Both the position numbers and the translations under genes were made by a program. The notes beneath the pieces were generated by a model. That model was not told the DNA's origin and made no database searches. It worked only from the letters and a program-made list of their open reading frames with translations. Source: Desulfatiglandales bacterium (GTDB taxonomy: Bacteria > Desulfobacterota > DSM-4660 > Desulfatiglandales > HGW-15). Taken from it: DNA of 64,000 bases. Of this stretch, positions 9,854 to 21,132 are shown in pieces (within the stretch, counting starts at the first letter, position 1; every line of letters begins with the position of its first letter). Where the stretch lies: contig CAXXJJ010000004.1 in the NCBI GenBank assembly GCA_963667015.2, positions 2,144,001-2,208,000 of the forward strand, in the 5' to 3' direction.

Positions 9854-11947
9854 ATGGGAAAATGCATTAATCATCCGGATCGCGAAACAAGCTATCTTTG
9901 CATGAAACATAATATTTATATGTGTGAAGAATGCATACGTTGCCGCGACCCGGAGATATACTGTGTATTCAGACCCTCCTGCCCTATATGGTTTTTAGGA
10001 AAGCGAATAAATGCATGGGAAAAACTGGACAGCAAAAAATCAGCGGGACAGCCTGCAGAAAAGTACAGGGTGATATTTAATCCGGACCAAAAAGAAATAT
10101 CTGTAGCAAAAGGTACAACCTTACTTGAGGCAAGCAGGCTTGCTGAGGTCCATCTGAATGCCTCCTGCAATGGAAACGGTTCCTGCGGCAAGTGTAAACT
10201 CATCATTGATTCCGGGAAAGTTGATACACAATCGACCTCATTGCTCAGCGAGGAGGAAAAAAAGCAGAATTATATTCTGGCCTGCATGAGTAAAGTAATT
10301 GAGGATGTTTCGCTCAGCATTCCAAAAGAATCTCTTGAAAAAAAATTAAAAGTAGCAGGCCTTGGAAAAGAAGCAACCGATCACCTGAGAGGGCTTGTTG
10401 AGAAGATGACTCCATTGCTGGAAGAGATTGAGCTTGAACTTGATCCCCCGAGTCTTGATGATCCAATAAGTGACCTTGATCGCCTCAATCGCGGTTTAAA
10501 GAAAGCAGGAATTGATATTAATAACCTTAATATAGGCCTTAAGGTCTGCCGTGATCTTTCAGCAGCACTACGTGAAGACAACTGGAAGGTCACAGCATCA
10601 ATAATTCGTAAAAAATGCTCAAATGAAATCCTTCATGTAGCTCCTAAATCGGTTCGGGAAGAAGCCCTTGGACTGGCAATCGACATCGGGACAACATCAA
10701 TTGTTGTATATCTTGTTGCCATATCAGATGGCACTGTTCTGGCTGCCACATCAGGCCACAACCGACAGGCTGATTGCGGTGACGATGTTATTAACCGGAT
10801 TGTATGTGCTGAAAAAGACGGCGTTGTCAAACTAAGCAAAATGGCAATGGTGACTATAAATGATTTAATCGGCGAGGCACTTGCCAGTGCCCGGATGGAT
10901 TACCGGCAGATAAAAAACATTGTCATTTCCGGCAATACCACAATGGTTCACCTTCTCCTCAAAATTGAACCCCGACACATTCGTAGAGAGCCCTATGTCC
11001 CGACCGTATCCGAATTTCCCATTCTTAAAGCATCCGAGATCGGAATAAAGGCAAGTCCCTATGCGTCGGTCTTTATAATGCCCGGGCCGGCCGGGTATGT
11101 GGGTGGAGATATTGTATCAGGCCTTGTTTATACGGGTCTCCATCGTGAAACGCCTGTAACTCTTTTTATAGATATTGGCACAAACGGCGAGATTGTTCTA
11201 GGTAACAGTGACTGGCTGATGACGGCATCATGTTCGGCAGGACCTGCATTTGAAGGAGGAGGAATCAGATGGGGAATGCGTGCCGAAGAGGGTGCCATTG
11301 AAAAGATAAAAATTGATCCTGATACATTGATACCTGAATTTACAACTGTCGAAAACATAAAGCCAAGAGGAATCTGCGGCTCCGGAATGATCGATCTGAT
11401 TTCAGAAATGCTGTTAAAAGGAGTAATAGCTCCCAACGGAAAATTCATACTGGATACAACACATGACAGGATGGCTGTTTATGATGATGAGCTTGCATAT
11501 ATTATCGCAAGAGCAGAAGAAACCTCTGTTGACAGGGATATAATCTTTACTGAAATGGATATTAACTCCCTTGTACTGAGTAAAGGGGCTGTTTACGCCG
11601 GATTTACAGTCCTTCTGAAACAGGCGGGAATGGATTTCAACTCAGTGGACAGGGTATGGATCACAGGAGGTTTCGGCCAGTATTTAAATATAGAAAAAGC
11701 AATAACCATTGGCCTCCTTCCTGATATTGCGAGGGACAAATTCAAATATTTCGGAAACAGCTCAATTGCGGGAGCTTACATGGCTCTGCTTTCAGATGAG
11801 TACCGGAAGGAAGCAAGAGAAATATCAAACTCCATGACATATATTGATTTTTCCAGTAACAGCCAGTTTATGGACGAATATACTTCTGCCCAGTTTCTGC
11901 CCCATACTGATGGAAATGCGTTCCCGAGTGTTAAAATATTGAAGTAG
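9854..11947 (+). CDS. RACo/RamA-type ATP-dependent reductive activator of corrinoid proteins (2Fe-2S + ASKHA) with N-terminal Cys/His finger
   Basis: [10 protein letters not shown] ferredoxin, [26 protein letters not shown] motifs; ATG 9854. Confidence 0.9.
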   Translation: MGKCINHPDRETSYLCMKHNIYMCEECIRCRDPEIYCVFRPSCPIWFLGKRINAWEKLDSKKSAGQPAEKYRVIFNPDQKEISVAKGTTLLEASRLAEVHLNASCNGNGSCGKCKLIIDSGKVDTQSTSLLSEEEKKQNYILACMSKVIEDVSLSIPKESLEKKLKVAGLGKEATDHLRGLVEKMTPLLEEIELELDPPSLDDPISDLDRLNRGLKKAGIDINNLNIGLKVCRDLSAALREDNWKVTASIIRKKCSNEILHVAPKSVREEALGLAIDIGTTSIVVYLVAISDGTVLAATSGHNRQADCGDDVINRIVCAEKDGVVKLSKMAMVTINDLIGEALASARMDYRQIKNIVISGNTTMVHLLLKIEPRHIRREPYVPTVSEFPILKASEIGIKASPYASVFIMPGPAGYVGGDIVSGLVYTGLHRETPVTLFIDIGTNGEIVLGNSDWLMTASCSAGPAFEGGGIRWGMRAEEGAIEKIKIDPDTLIPEFTTVENIKPRGICGSGMIDLISEMLLKGVIAPNGKFILDTTHDRMAVYDDELAYIIARAEETSVDRDIIFTEMDINSLVLSKGAVYAGFTVLLKQAGMDFNSVDRVWITGGFGQYLNIEKAITIGLLPDIARDKFKYFGNSSIAGAYMALLSDEYRKEAREISNSMTYIDFSSNSQFMDEYTSAQFLPHTDGNAFPSVKILK

Positions 11948-12027
11948 TACAGTTGAGAGTTTGTTGTTATAATATATATTTATTAAGGCTGTGTGAACAA
12001 TATAATGCATTTGCATGGGAGGAGCTT

Positions 12028-12975
12028 ATGGAGTTGAACCGACGCAATTTCTTTAAAATCATTACCGCTACGGGCGCTGTCCTTTCGGGAGGGGGACAAT
12101 CTGCTCATGCCTGGCAATCCAGGGCGCCGTCAGACGCCCTGGGTTGTCTGGTAGACCTGACCCGCTGTATTGGATGCCGTAAATGTGAAGAGGCATGCAA
12201 CAGTGTCAATGATCTGCCTCCGCCTGATCGCAGTTTCGAAGATCTGACAGTACTGGATCTTAAACGCCGCCCTGATGAAAAGGCATTTACCGTAGTCAAT
12301 CGATATACATCGGGTATAGTAGACGAGCGTAATCAATTAGTGCCAACATTTGTTAAGCTCCAGTGCATGCACTGTCAGGACCCGGCGTGCGCATCGGCCT
12401 GCATTGTCGGGGCACTGACAAAAAAAGAAAATGGCGCGGTTCACTACGATGTAACCAAATGTATAGGGTGCCGCTACTGCATGGTGGCCTGCCCATTCGA
12501 AATTCCGGCCTATGAATATCATAATCCTATCACACCGCGTGTTATGAAATGTTCTTTTTGTTACGAACGTGTGCAGTCGGAAAACAAGCTTCCCGGATGT
12601 GCAGAAATCTGTCCGGTTGAGGCCATTACCTTTGGCAGAAGAGATGATCTATTGAAGGAAAGTAAACGTCGAATAAAAGAAAACCCGGGCCGATATATCG
12701 ATCATATTTATGGAGAAAAAGAAGTCGGCGGAACAAGCTGGATGTACATTTCAGGCGTGCCTTTCGAAAAACTGGGGTTCAACAAACTTCCTGAAAACCC
12801 GATGCCAAAACTGGCCGAAACTATCCAGCACAGTCTGTTCAGTTACATGTGGTCACCTGTTGTGCTCTTCGGCATGCTCGGGGGAATAATGTGGGGATTT
12901 AAAGACAAAGGAGACCGCATAAACAATAACAAAGGAGGATCGGATGAGTCATCAGGCAGCGCCCGTCAGGGCTAA
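12028..12975 (+). CDS. Tat-exported 4x[4Fe-4S] ferredoxin subunit (HybA/HmcB-like)
   Basis: NRRNFFK twin-arginine signal, four Cys cluster motifs, [11 protein letters not shown]-terminal TM anchor; RBS GGAG before ATG 12028. Confidence 0.9.
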   Translation: MELNRRNFFKIITATGAVLSGGGQSAHAWQSRAPSDALGCLVDLTRCIGCRKCEEACNSVNDLPPPDRSFEDLTVLDLKRRPDEKAFTVVNRYTSGIVDERNQLVPTFVKLQCMHCQDPACASACIVGALTKKENGAVHYDVTKCIGCRYCMVACPFEIPAYEYHNPITPRVMKCSFCYERVQSENKLPGCAEICPVEAITFGRRDDLLKESKRRIKENPGRYIDHIYGEKEVGGTSWMYISGVPFEKLGFNKLPENPMPKLAETIQHSLFSYMWSPVVLFGMLGGIMWGFKDKGDRINNNKGGSDESSGSARQG

Positions 12976-14149
12976 ATTCTGGACGCCCGGTGTGGTCGTT
13001 CTGGTTGTACTCATGATTGCCGGTGCAGTAACAATTATTGCCCGTTTTATAGGTGGAATCGGTTATGTATCAAACCTGACCACAGCGCGGCCCTGGGGTC
13101 TGTGGATCGGTGTTGATGTGGCTTCAGGTGTAGCCCTGGCAGCCGGAGGATTTACTACTGCCTTTCTGGCTCACATTATGGGACGTCATTACTACGAACC
13201 TGTTGTCCGGCCGGCTCTTTTGACCGCCATGCTTGGTTATACCTTCGTGGTACTTGGGCTGCTCGTGGATATCGGCCGCAGCTGGGCAATCTGGAAACCA
13301 ATGTTCTACTGGAACCATACCTCGGTTCTTTTCGAGGTGGCCATGTGTGTAATGTTTTACCTCAATGTACTCTATATTGAATTTTTACCTATTGTAGTAG
13401 AAGGTTTCAAGGGACGTGTTAACCTGCCCGGTCCGCTATCGTCACTTAACAAACTATTGGAAACAATACTTAATCTGCTCGACAAGATTCTTCCAAAAAT
13501 CATGTGGATATTTATTATTCTCGGTGTTGTGCTTTCCTGTATGCATCAGTCCAGCCTCGGGTCACTGATGCTTATCGCCCCGACAAAACTGCATCCACTG
13601 TGGTATACTCCTATTCTGCCGCTTTTGTTCCTTACATCGGCTATTGCCGTGGGGTATCCTATGGTGGTATTTGAGGCTAACCTGGCAACGTCTTCGCTCA
13701 AGCTTGACTCTGAGATGAAAATACTGACACCTTTGACACGCATTACCATTTTCCTGCTTGGCCTCTACATGGCGCTGAAAATAGGTGATATGGTGGTTCG
13801 AGGCACTTACGTTTATCTGCTTGACGGAACAGCCCAGACCAACGCCTTTCTTATTGAGCTGATTTTAGGTGTGCTGGTGCCCTGGCTGATGCTGCTTTCT
13901 CCAACTGTACGTCAATCCCGTCGCTGGCTTTTCATCGCCTGTACAATGATTTTAAGTGGTGTATTAATAAACCGCATGAATGTTTTTGTCGTGGGTTACA
14001 GGCCGCCAGTCAGTGCGGCCAATTATTTTCCTGCCATAGGTGAAATACTTGTCACTGTCGGGTTTATTGCCGCGTTGATGTTTGTCTATCGATTTCTTGT
14101 AACATATTTACCTGTACTCAACAAACCGGAACAGGAGGTACAAGCATGA
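12944..14149 (+). CDS. NrfD-family membrane quinol-interacting subunit (HybB/HmcC-like)
   Basis: [44 protein letters not shown] motifs; about 10 TM helices. Confidence 0.9.
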   Translation: MSHQAAPVRAKFWTPGVVVLVVLMIAGAVTIIARFIGGIGYVSNLTTARPWGLWIGVDVASGVALAAGGFTTAFLAHIMGRHYYEPVVRPALLTAMLGYTFVVLGLLVDIGRSWAIWKPMFYWNHTSVLFEVAMCVMFYLNVLYIEFLPIVVEGFKGRVNLPGPLSSLNKLLETILNLLDKILPKIMWIFIILGVVLSCMHQSSLGSLMLIAPTKLHPLWYTPILPLLFLTSAIAVGYPMVVFEANLATSSLKLDSEMKILTPLTRITIFLLGLYMALKIGDMVVRGTYVYLLDGTAQTNAFLIELILGVLVPWLMLLSPTVRQSRRWLFIACTMILSGVLINRMNVFVVGYRPPVSAANYFPAIGEILVTVGFIAALMFVYRFLVTYLPVLNKPEQEVQA

Positions 14150-16224
14150 TCATAAGAGGAACGGTTCGCCGTTTATTTTTTAATATTTTTATTATCGGAC
14201 TCGGCTTTGGAGCATATGTACAATCTGCAGCCAATGAGGAACAACCACAGCAGGCAGAAACGTCAAAATGGATTGCTCCCGATCAGGAAGCAGCCAAAAA
14301 GCGGGCATCCGAACTGGTACCATTTGTGGAAGCAGTCAGGGATGAATGCCGACTATGCAGACAACAGCGTCTCAGGGATGAGGGGCTTGGGGTAAAGGAC
14401 CAAAAAGACAGCTACTTTTTGCTGGACAGCCCGATCATCAAGAAGACAGAAGACCATTACGGACCGGTACGTTTTATGCATTCCAAGCATGCTGTTGTAA
14501 CAAAGGATTGTGCTCTATGCCACCATTACCGACCCCTTGATGAGAAAGCACCAGAGACAGTAAGATGCTCAGCATGTCATCAGGAATCCTTTAAAAGGGA
14601 CCATCCGGAACGACTTGGACTTAAGGCCGCCTATCATCAGCAGTGTATGGGGTGTCATAAGGAAATGGATAAGGGACCTGTAAGCTGTACAGGCTGTCAC
14701 AGTAAAAACTCACCTGACCACAGCGACAAAATAAAACTAGCATCCAATCCTGAGCCTTCACAGGTAACTGCAGAATGTCTGCGTTGCCATAAGGAGGCCG
14801 GAGAAGAAATGATCAAGTCAGCACACTGGCTCTGGAAAGGCCCCTCCCCCTTTACTCTGGATCACAGAAAGGAGGTTGAACTTGGAAAGGCCACCATTGC
14901 CACCAATAATTTCTGAATGAGCATCACCAGCAACGAGGCTCGTTGCACAAGCTGTCATGCAGGTTATGGATGGAAAGATGATTCCTTTGATTTTACTGAT
15001 ATGACTAAAATAGATTGTCTGGTATGTCACGATACTACCGGAACTTACAAAAAAATCCCGACAGGAGCAGGCATGCCTGATCCTGAAGTTGATCTGGTTG
15101 CAGTAGCTAAAAGCGTTGGGCCAACCTCCAGAGAGTCCTGTGGCTCCTGTCATTTTAACGGTGGAGGCGGAGAGGCTGTGAAGCACGCTGATCTCTCACG
15201 TCAATTACTTGAACCTGACCGTAATTGTGATGTTCACATGGGTGGATACGATTTTCAGTGCACTGAATGTCATCAGACACGTGACCACAAGATCGCGGGC
15301 CGCAGTTCTTCGGTGCCCGTGGTCGAAGACAGGTTTACCTGTACAGGCTGCCACTCGGATACACCACACTACGGGGATGACCTGCTGGACCATCACCTGA
15401 ACAAACACAGTGACAATATCGCCTGTACAACCTGTCATGCCCCGGTATATGCCAAGTGCAAGCCCACAAAGGTCTTCTGGGACTGGTCCGAGGCCGGCGA
15501 TACAGAGCGCAAGCCCGTAAAAGACAAATACGGTATGGACGATTATCACTGGATGAAAGGCGAGTTTATCTGGAAGGAATCAGCCAAGCCTGTCTATGCC
15601 TGGTATGGCGGTTTTATGGAACGTGTGTTACTGGGAGACAAACTTGACCAGAGCAAAAAAGAGATAAATATCACTAAACCGGTTGGATCCATAAATGATC
15701 CGAATTCAAAGATATCTCCCTTTAAGATAATGAAAGGAGTTCAGGCGGTTGACGCGGAATATTATTATCTACTCGTACCCCATCTGTATCCCCGTGACCA
15801 GGAAGACACGACTGCCTACTGGAAACACCGTGACTGGCAGAAATCCTTTTCAGACGGTATGAAAGCGGCAGGCATGAAGTACTCGGGAAAATATGAATGG
15901 ATAACCACAAACATGTACTGGGGTGTGGAGCATGAAATAATGCCGGCCGACATGGCCCTCTCCTGTGTTCAATGTCATGACAGTCTCAAGGGCGACCGCA
16001 CCTGTAACCGCTGTCACCAGGATAATCGTGACATAGATTTTAAGGCCATCGCTCATAAAGGAACGGATTTTTCCTATATGGCATCCAAGGGGCGTGATGT
16101 AAGCGACCTTGTCGGCACTACAGACTATATTGATTTTAAAGCCCTGGGATATGAGGGAGACCCCATTATCTATGGCGGACGTTTTAAAAAGCTGCCCATG
16201 GGGTATAAAGCTCAGGAGAAATAA
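14146..16224 (+). CDS. Predicted selenocysteine-containing 13-heme cytochrome c (cytochrome c3-like domain fused to octaheme tetrathionate reductase family), 692 aa with Sec at TGA 14914-14916
   Basis: Two abutting in-frame ORFs separated only by TGA; reads GK...NNF-(TGA)-MSITSNEARCTSCHAGYGW where the OTR family has NNFC; 13 CxxCH motifs; SECIS-like hairpin follows. Confidence 0.85.
14917..14958 (+). promoter_or_regulatory. SECIS-like hairpin of the multiheme cytochrome
   Basis: GCAACGA-GGC-TCGTTGC (14930-14946), loop G 21 nt after UGA; possible lower stem ATGAGC/GC(TG)TCAT. Confidence 0.75.
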
Positions 16225-16232
16225 TAGTAGCG

Positions 16233-16260
16233 AAACCACCGGTTTGAAGCCGGTGGTTTT
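16233..16260 (+). terminator. Stem-loop after the cytochrome gene (terminator or REP-like palindrome)
   Basis: AAACCACCGGTTTGAAGCCGGTGGTTTT inverted repeat directly after the stop codon. Confidence 0.65.
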
Positions 16261-16282
16261 CTTACTCAGCTAAGGTTATAAA

Positions 16283-19002
16283 ATGTCTACTAAACCAACC
16301 TATGAAGATCTGGAAAATAAAGTCAGGTTATTGGAACATTCCGATTCAGAGCGAACAAAACTGAAGCTGCACTGAATGAAAGTGAGAAGAAATACCGGCT
16401 CCTCGTTGAAAATCAAACTGACATGGTGGTTAAGGTAGATAATGAAGGCAGATTTATGTATGTCAGCCCTTCCTACTGCCGGATGTTTGGGAAATCGGAA
16501 GAGGAACTGATCGGCAGGAATTTTATGCCCCTGGTTCATGAGGAGGACCGGGCAGGCACAGCTAAAGCAATGGAAAATCTATATCGTCCGCCATACTCTG
16601 CATATATGGAACAGAGAGCCATGACTAAGGATGGATGGAAATGGCTCGGCTGGATGGATACTGCCATTCTCGACAAAAACGGAAATATAACCGAGATTAT
16701 AGGAGTAGGGCGGGATATTTCAGACTGTAAACAGGTAGAAAATACCCTTCGAACAAACAAAAGTTTCCTAAAAGATGTTTTTGAGGCAATTCAGGATGGT
16801 ATCAGTGTTCTGGATACCGATCTTACTATTCTCAAAACCAACACCTGGATGGAAAAGATGTATGCTTCACGGGACAAACTGGTTGGGAGCAAGTGTTTTC
16901 AGATATACCAGGGACTTTCTTCACCCTGTCCATGGTGCCCTTCATTAAAAACAATTGAATCAGGTAAGGTACACACCGAAATAGTCCCCTATCCATCTGC
17001 CGAAAATCCGACCGGATGGATTGAACTGTCTGCTTTCCCGATAAAAGATAAAAATGGAAAAGTAGAAAAGATAATTGAGTATGTCAAAGATATCACTGAT
17101 CGAAGGCAGGCGGAGCAGGAATCAATTCGAATAGCCGAAGAGTGGGAGGCCACATTCAACAGCAGTAATGACGCAATCTGGATTCTTGATAAAAATCAGA
17201 CAGTGATTCGTTCCAATAAAATTGCAGAGAACTATTTTAATTACCCTATTGAGAAAATGGTCGGCAAACATTGCTGGGAAATTGTTCATGGTACTGAAGG
17301 CCCTATAACAGAATGTCCTATTCTAAGGACTCACAAGAGTCTCCGTAGAGAAGCAATGGAGTTAAGAGTAAATGACAGGTGGTTTAATGTCATAGTTGAT
17401 CCTATACTAAATATGTCTGGTCAATACGACGGTGCTGTTCATGCGGTCAGTGATATCACATCGCAAAAACAGATGATCGAATCTCTGAAGGAGAGTGAGG
17501 CAAAATTCAGGTCATTGGTTGAGCAATCACCCCTGGGAATAGCGTTGGTTAATAAAGAAGGCAGGTATCAATATATCAATCCGCAATTTGAAAAAATATT
17601 CGGGTACACCATAGATGAGATACCCACAGGGGACATATGGTTTCAAAAAGCCTTTCCTGACAAAGAATATCGTCAGAAAATAATAGGACTTTGGATAGAA
17701 AATGTAAAGGAATCCGGTATCAGACAATCAATGCCACGCATCCATCAGGTCTTTTGTAAAAATGGCTCTCAAAAGAAAATTCAGTTTAAATCGGTTAATC
17801 TTGAAAACTCAGGCCATCTGATAATTTATGAAGACATTACTGAAAAAACATTACTGGAAGAAAAATTTCAACAGGCACAGAAGATTGAGGCTATAGGCAC
17901 CCTGGCCGGAGGCATTGCCCATGATTTCAACAACATTTTAGGGGCCATATTGGGTAGAATAGAACTCATTCTTATGGATATGAAATCCGGTGATCCGAAC
18001 TGGCAGGATTTACATGAAATATACCAGGCAGCAATTCGGTCATCTCACCTCACCAGACAATTACTCGCATTTTCCCGTAAACAACCAATAACTCCAAAGA
18101 TAGTAGACCTTAACGAAACTGTTGAAGCCTATCTCAAGATGCTTCGCCGTCTGATTGGAGAAGATATTGATCTGGCCTGGAATTCAGAAACAAACCTTTG
18201 GTTAATAAAGATTGACCCCATACAGGTTGATCAGGTTCTGACCAACCTGTGTGTTAATGCAAGAGATGCTATAGGTGGAACTGGTAAAATTACAATAGAG
18301 GCCAGAAATATTGTTGCAGATCAGGTCTATTGTGCAGCACACTCCTATGCCATACCCGGTAAATATGTAATGCTTTCAGTCACTGATAATGGTTGTGGTA
18401 TGGATAAAAAAATCCTTGATAATATCTTTGACCCATTTTTTACAACCAAGGAAATTGGGACAGGGACAGGGCTGGGTCTCTCAACAGTATACGGGATCGT
18501 CAAACAAAACGACGGATTTATCAATGTTTATAGCGAATCTGGAAAGGGTACCATATTTAGGTTGTATTTCCCTGAGGTCGAAACAGTATCAGAAAAAGAA
18601 GACAAGCCTGCATCCATCGTATTACCTAAGGGGAAAGAAAGTATATTAATCGTTGAAGATGACAAAGCTATTATGGATCTTAGCAGCTCAATACTTAAAC
18701 GATTCGGATATAAAATTATGGCTGCTAAGCGACCTTCTGAGGCACTGGATATCATAAATAACCATAAAAGAAAGATTCATCTTCTTCTGACAGACATTGT
18801 AATGCCTGAGATGAATGGCATTGAATTAAAGGAACAAATAGAAAAAAAACTTCCTGATATTAAAGTACTATTTATGTCCGGATACATGGCTGATGCTTTA
18901 TTGATCAATGCAGATTATGAAAAAAATACCAACTTTATTGAAAAACCATTCTCGCTGGAATCATTGCTTAATAAAGTTCGAAAAGCTCTGGATGGTATTT
19001 AA
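16283..19002 (+). CDS. Multi-PAS hybrid sensor histidine kinase/receiver, with 1-nt frameshift near 16357-16360
   Basis: Four PAS domains, [11 protein letters not shown]-box, [15 protein letters not shown]-terminal REC; N-terminus [11 protein letters not shown] (16283) lies in a different frame from the 16423 ORF. Confidence 0.85.
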
Positions 19003-19076
19003 TGCCAGGTTAAGCAGCTAATGATACTACTGTTGAATTTCAATCTTTTTCCTATTACTAAAAATTTATTACAATG

Positions 19077-19736
19077 CTATTCTTCATTCTTTTCCCTGAG
19101 ACGGTATGTCAGCATCCCAAGTTCAATTGAAATATCATGGTTCAAGACCACCATGTTATCAGGAATGTTTACGCATCTTGACGCCAGGTAAATAGCCGCC
19201 TTTACACCTATCCGGCTGAGTCTGTCTATAACATCCTGCACATCCTGTGGAGGAAGAGCAATTATTACGATATTATCTTTGACGGGATCAAGGGTTTCCT
19301 CGAGTCGATCCATTGGGAAAACAGTGATTCCATCTGATTTACACTGATAGTTTCCCGGTTTTTTATCATATATTTTGTTGATATTAAAATTATTTGCCTT
19401 CAAGGCCAGGGAATCCATCAGAACTCCGCAGTACTTTGCACACCCTATGACCACCAGTCCCCGCTCCCTGTCCAGACCCAGTATCCCGGCCAGTTCATTT
19501 TTAAGTTTACTTACATTGTATCCAACACCTCTTTGGCCGAAACATCCAAAATAGGACAAATCTTTCCTGATCTGCGCAGGCTGAAGCCCGTTAATTTCGG
19601 CCAGCTCCTGGGATGTGATGTGATTCACACCGTTTCTCTCAAGCCGATTAAATGCTCTGAAATATATCGAAATACGACGAAGGGATGAATCTGATATTTC
19701 AATGATTTTCGTTTCCGGTTTTTTCGTCTTTGTCAC
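19077..19736 (-). CDS. Rex-family redox-sensing repressor, divergent nucleotide-binding motif
   Basis: RR.S.Y.R, ITSQELAE, QIRKDLSYFG.FGQRGVGY winged helix; GxGxxG replaced by GCAKYCG. Confidence 0.85.
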   Translation of the reverse strand: MTKTKKPETKIIEISDSSLRRISIYFRAFNRLERNGVNHITSQELAEINGLQPAQIRKDLSYFGCFGQRGVGYNVSKLKNELAGILGLDRERGLVVIGCAKYCGVLMDSLALKANNFNINKIYDKKPGNYQCKSDGITVFPMDRLEETLDPVKDNIVIIALPPQDVQDVIDRLSRIGVKAAIYLASRCVNIPDNMVVLNHDISIELGMLTYRLREKNEE

Positions 19737-19767
19737 AGCGTACCTCCTTCGTTAAATGTTGAAAGTG

Positions 19768-21015
19768 TCATGTACTTGTACTGAAATTGCAATCCAGTCG
19801 TAAAAGAAAAAATATTGACACCATAACCAATGGAGAGATTATTATAAAAATTGCAGCAAAGCCATAGGTATTGATTAAAATTCCGACCAGTAATGGGAAA
19901 ATAGCGGTGGTTAAACTCAAAGCCCCGCTGATACCTGCATATATAGCCCGATTTTCATTATTTGTGATTTCCAGCAGTATGCCCTGCAAAAATATTTTAT
20001 ACGCGGGAATAGAAAATCCGGCGATGAAAAAAATCCATTGATAGATGCGTATTCCATAGCGGGCAAAAAATAGCGCCATAATCGGAAGAAGGCTTCCGAT
20101 TATAATGTAACCGCAGGCAATTCCTTTAAATTTGAAATGTTTGGCTACCCAGTTCCAAATAAAGGTGGAAACAATCATGCCGACAAATTGCAGAAGTATA
20201 AAATTCCCAACCTGATTTTGACTCAACCCAAAAAGGGATTTTGAAAGCGCGACATAGAAGGGAATTAGAATAAGGCCCAGACTGCTAAAATTAACCAACA
20301 GAATGTAGTTTATCAAATTCATGTCGGATTTAAGAAAGCGTGGCATATCCATAATTAAACGGATCTTTCTGTAAAGGCCAGCAGTCTCGGCGGAATCTTC
20401 TTTGATCATCAGGAATCCGAATGCGGCTGTAAACAATAACCCGGAGGCCGTAAAAAAAATAACAGTGTAATTTTCAGGATAGGGAAAAGCGATTACCATA
20501 TGATGGGCCGCTATGGCTGAAACCAGCATGCCAATGGCGGATATAAATTCTTTAAAAACTAAGATTTTTTTTCGTTGGGATCCGATGAAGACTTTACCCA
20601 TAATATCAGTATATGAAATTCCGGCAAAAGCACCGCTTATTGAAAAGACTCCAATCCACATAAATATCATGAGTAAAAGTCGGCTGGATTGACTTGATGC
20701 GGAAATTGACAATGTATAGCCCATACCGATCAGTGAAAGTACACGCAAATATATTCCCATAAGCAGAAAAGGTTTTTTACGAGTACGTCCGGCAAGAAAT
20801 CCGGCAAACAGCAGCTGGGTTACCATAGGCAGACCAATGGATATACCCGTCAGAATGCCGATATGTAAACTTGAACCTCCAAGGTTCAGCACAAAAGAGG
20901 AGAGAACCGTATTAACATCAATAAACGTCTGGGCAAAGGCAAGAAAAAGCGCGTGCCAGATAAACGCATAAAAATTCCTTCTGTAATTGGTTATTTTATT
21001 CATGATGAGTGACAT
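19768..21015 (-). CDS. MFS transporter
   Basis: About 12 hydrophobic helices, 415 aa, MFS-like loop motifs. Confidence 0.85.
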   Translation of the reverse strand: MSLIMNKITNYRRNFYAFIWHALFLAFAQTFIDVNTVLSSFVLNLGGSSLHIGILTGISIGLPMVTQLLFAGFLAGRTRKKPFLLMGIYLRVLSLIGMGYTLSISASSQSSRLLLMIFMWIGVFSISGAFAGISYTDIMGKVFIGSQRKKILVFKEFISAIGMLVSAIAAHHMVIAFPYPENYTVIFFTASGLLFTAAFGFLMIKEDSAETAGLYRKIRLIMDMPRFLKSDMNLINYILLVNFSSLGLILIPFYVALSKSLFGLSQNQVGNFILLQFVGMIVSTFIWNWVAKHFKFKGIACGYIIIGSLLPIMALFFARYGIRIYQWIFFIAGFSIPAYKIFLQGILLEITNNENRAIYAGISGALSLTTAIFPLLVGILINTYGFAAIFIIISPLVMVSIFFLLRLDCNFSTST

Positions 21016-21132
21016 ACTAATAAGTCAGCAGGAACTGCTTTGTTTTTTTAACTGACAGGCATTCGGTTTTTCGATTTTAAGCACTCAAGATTCACACATA
21101 TTTTGCTTATACGATCGCAGATAGTAGCAATC

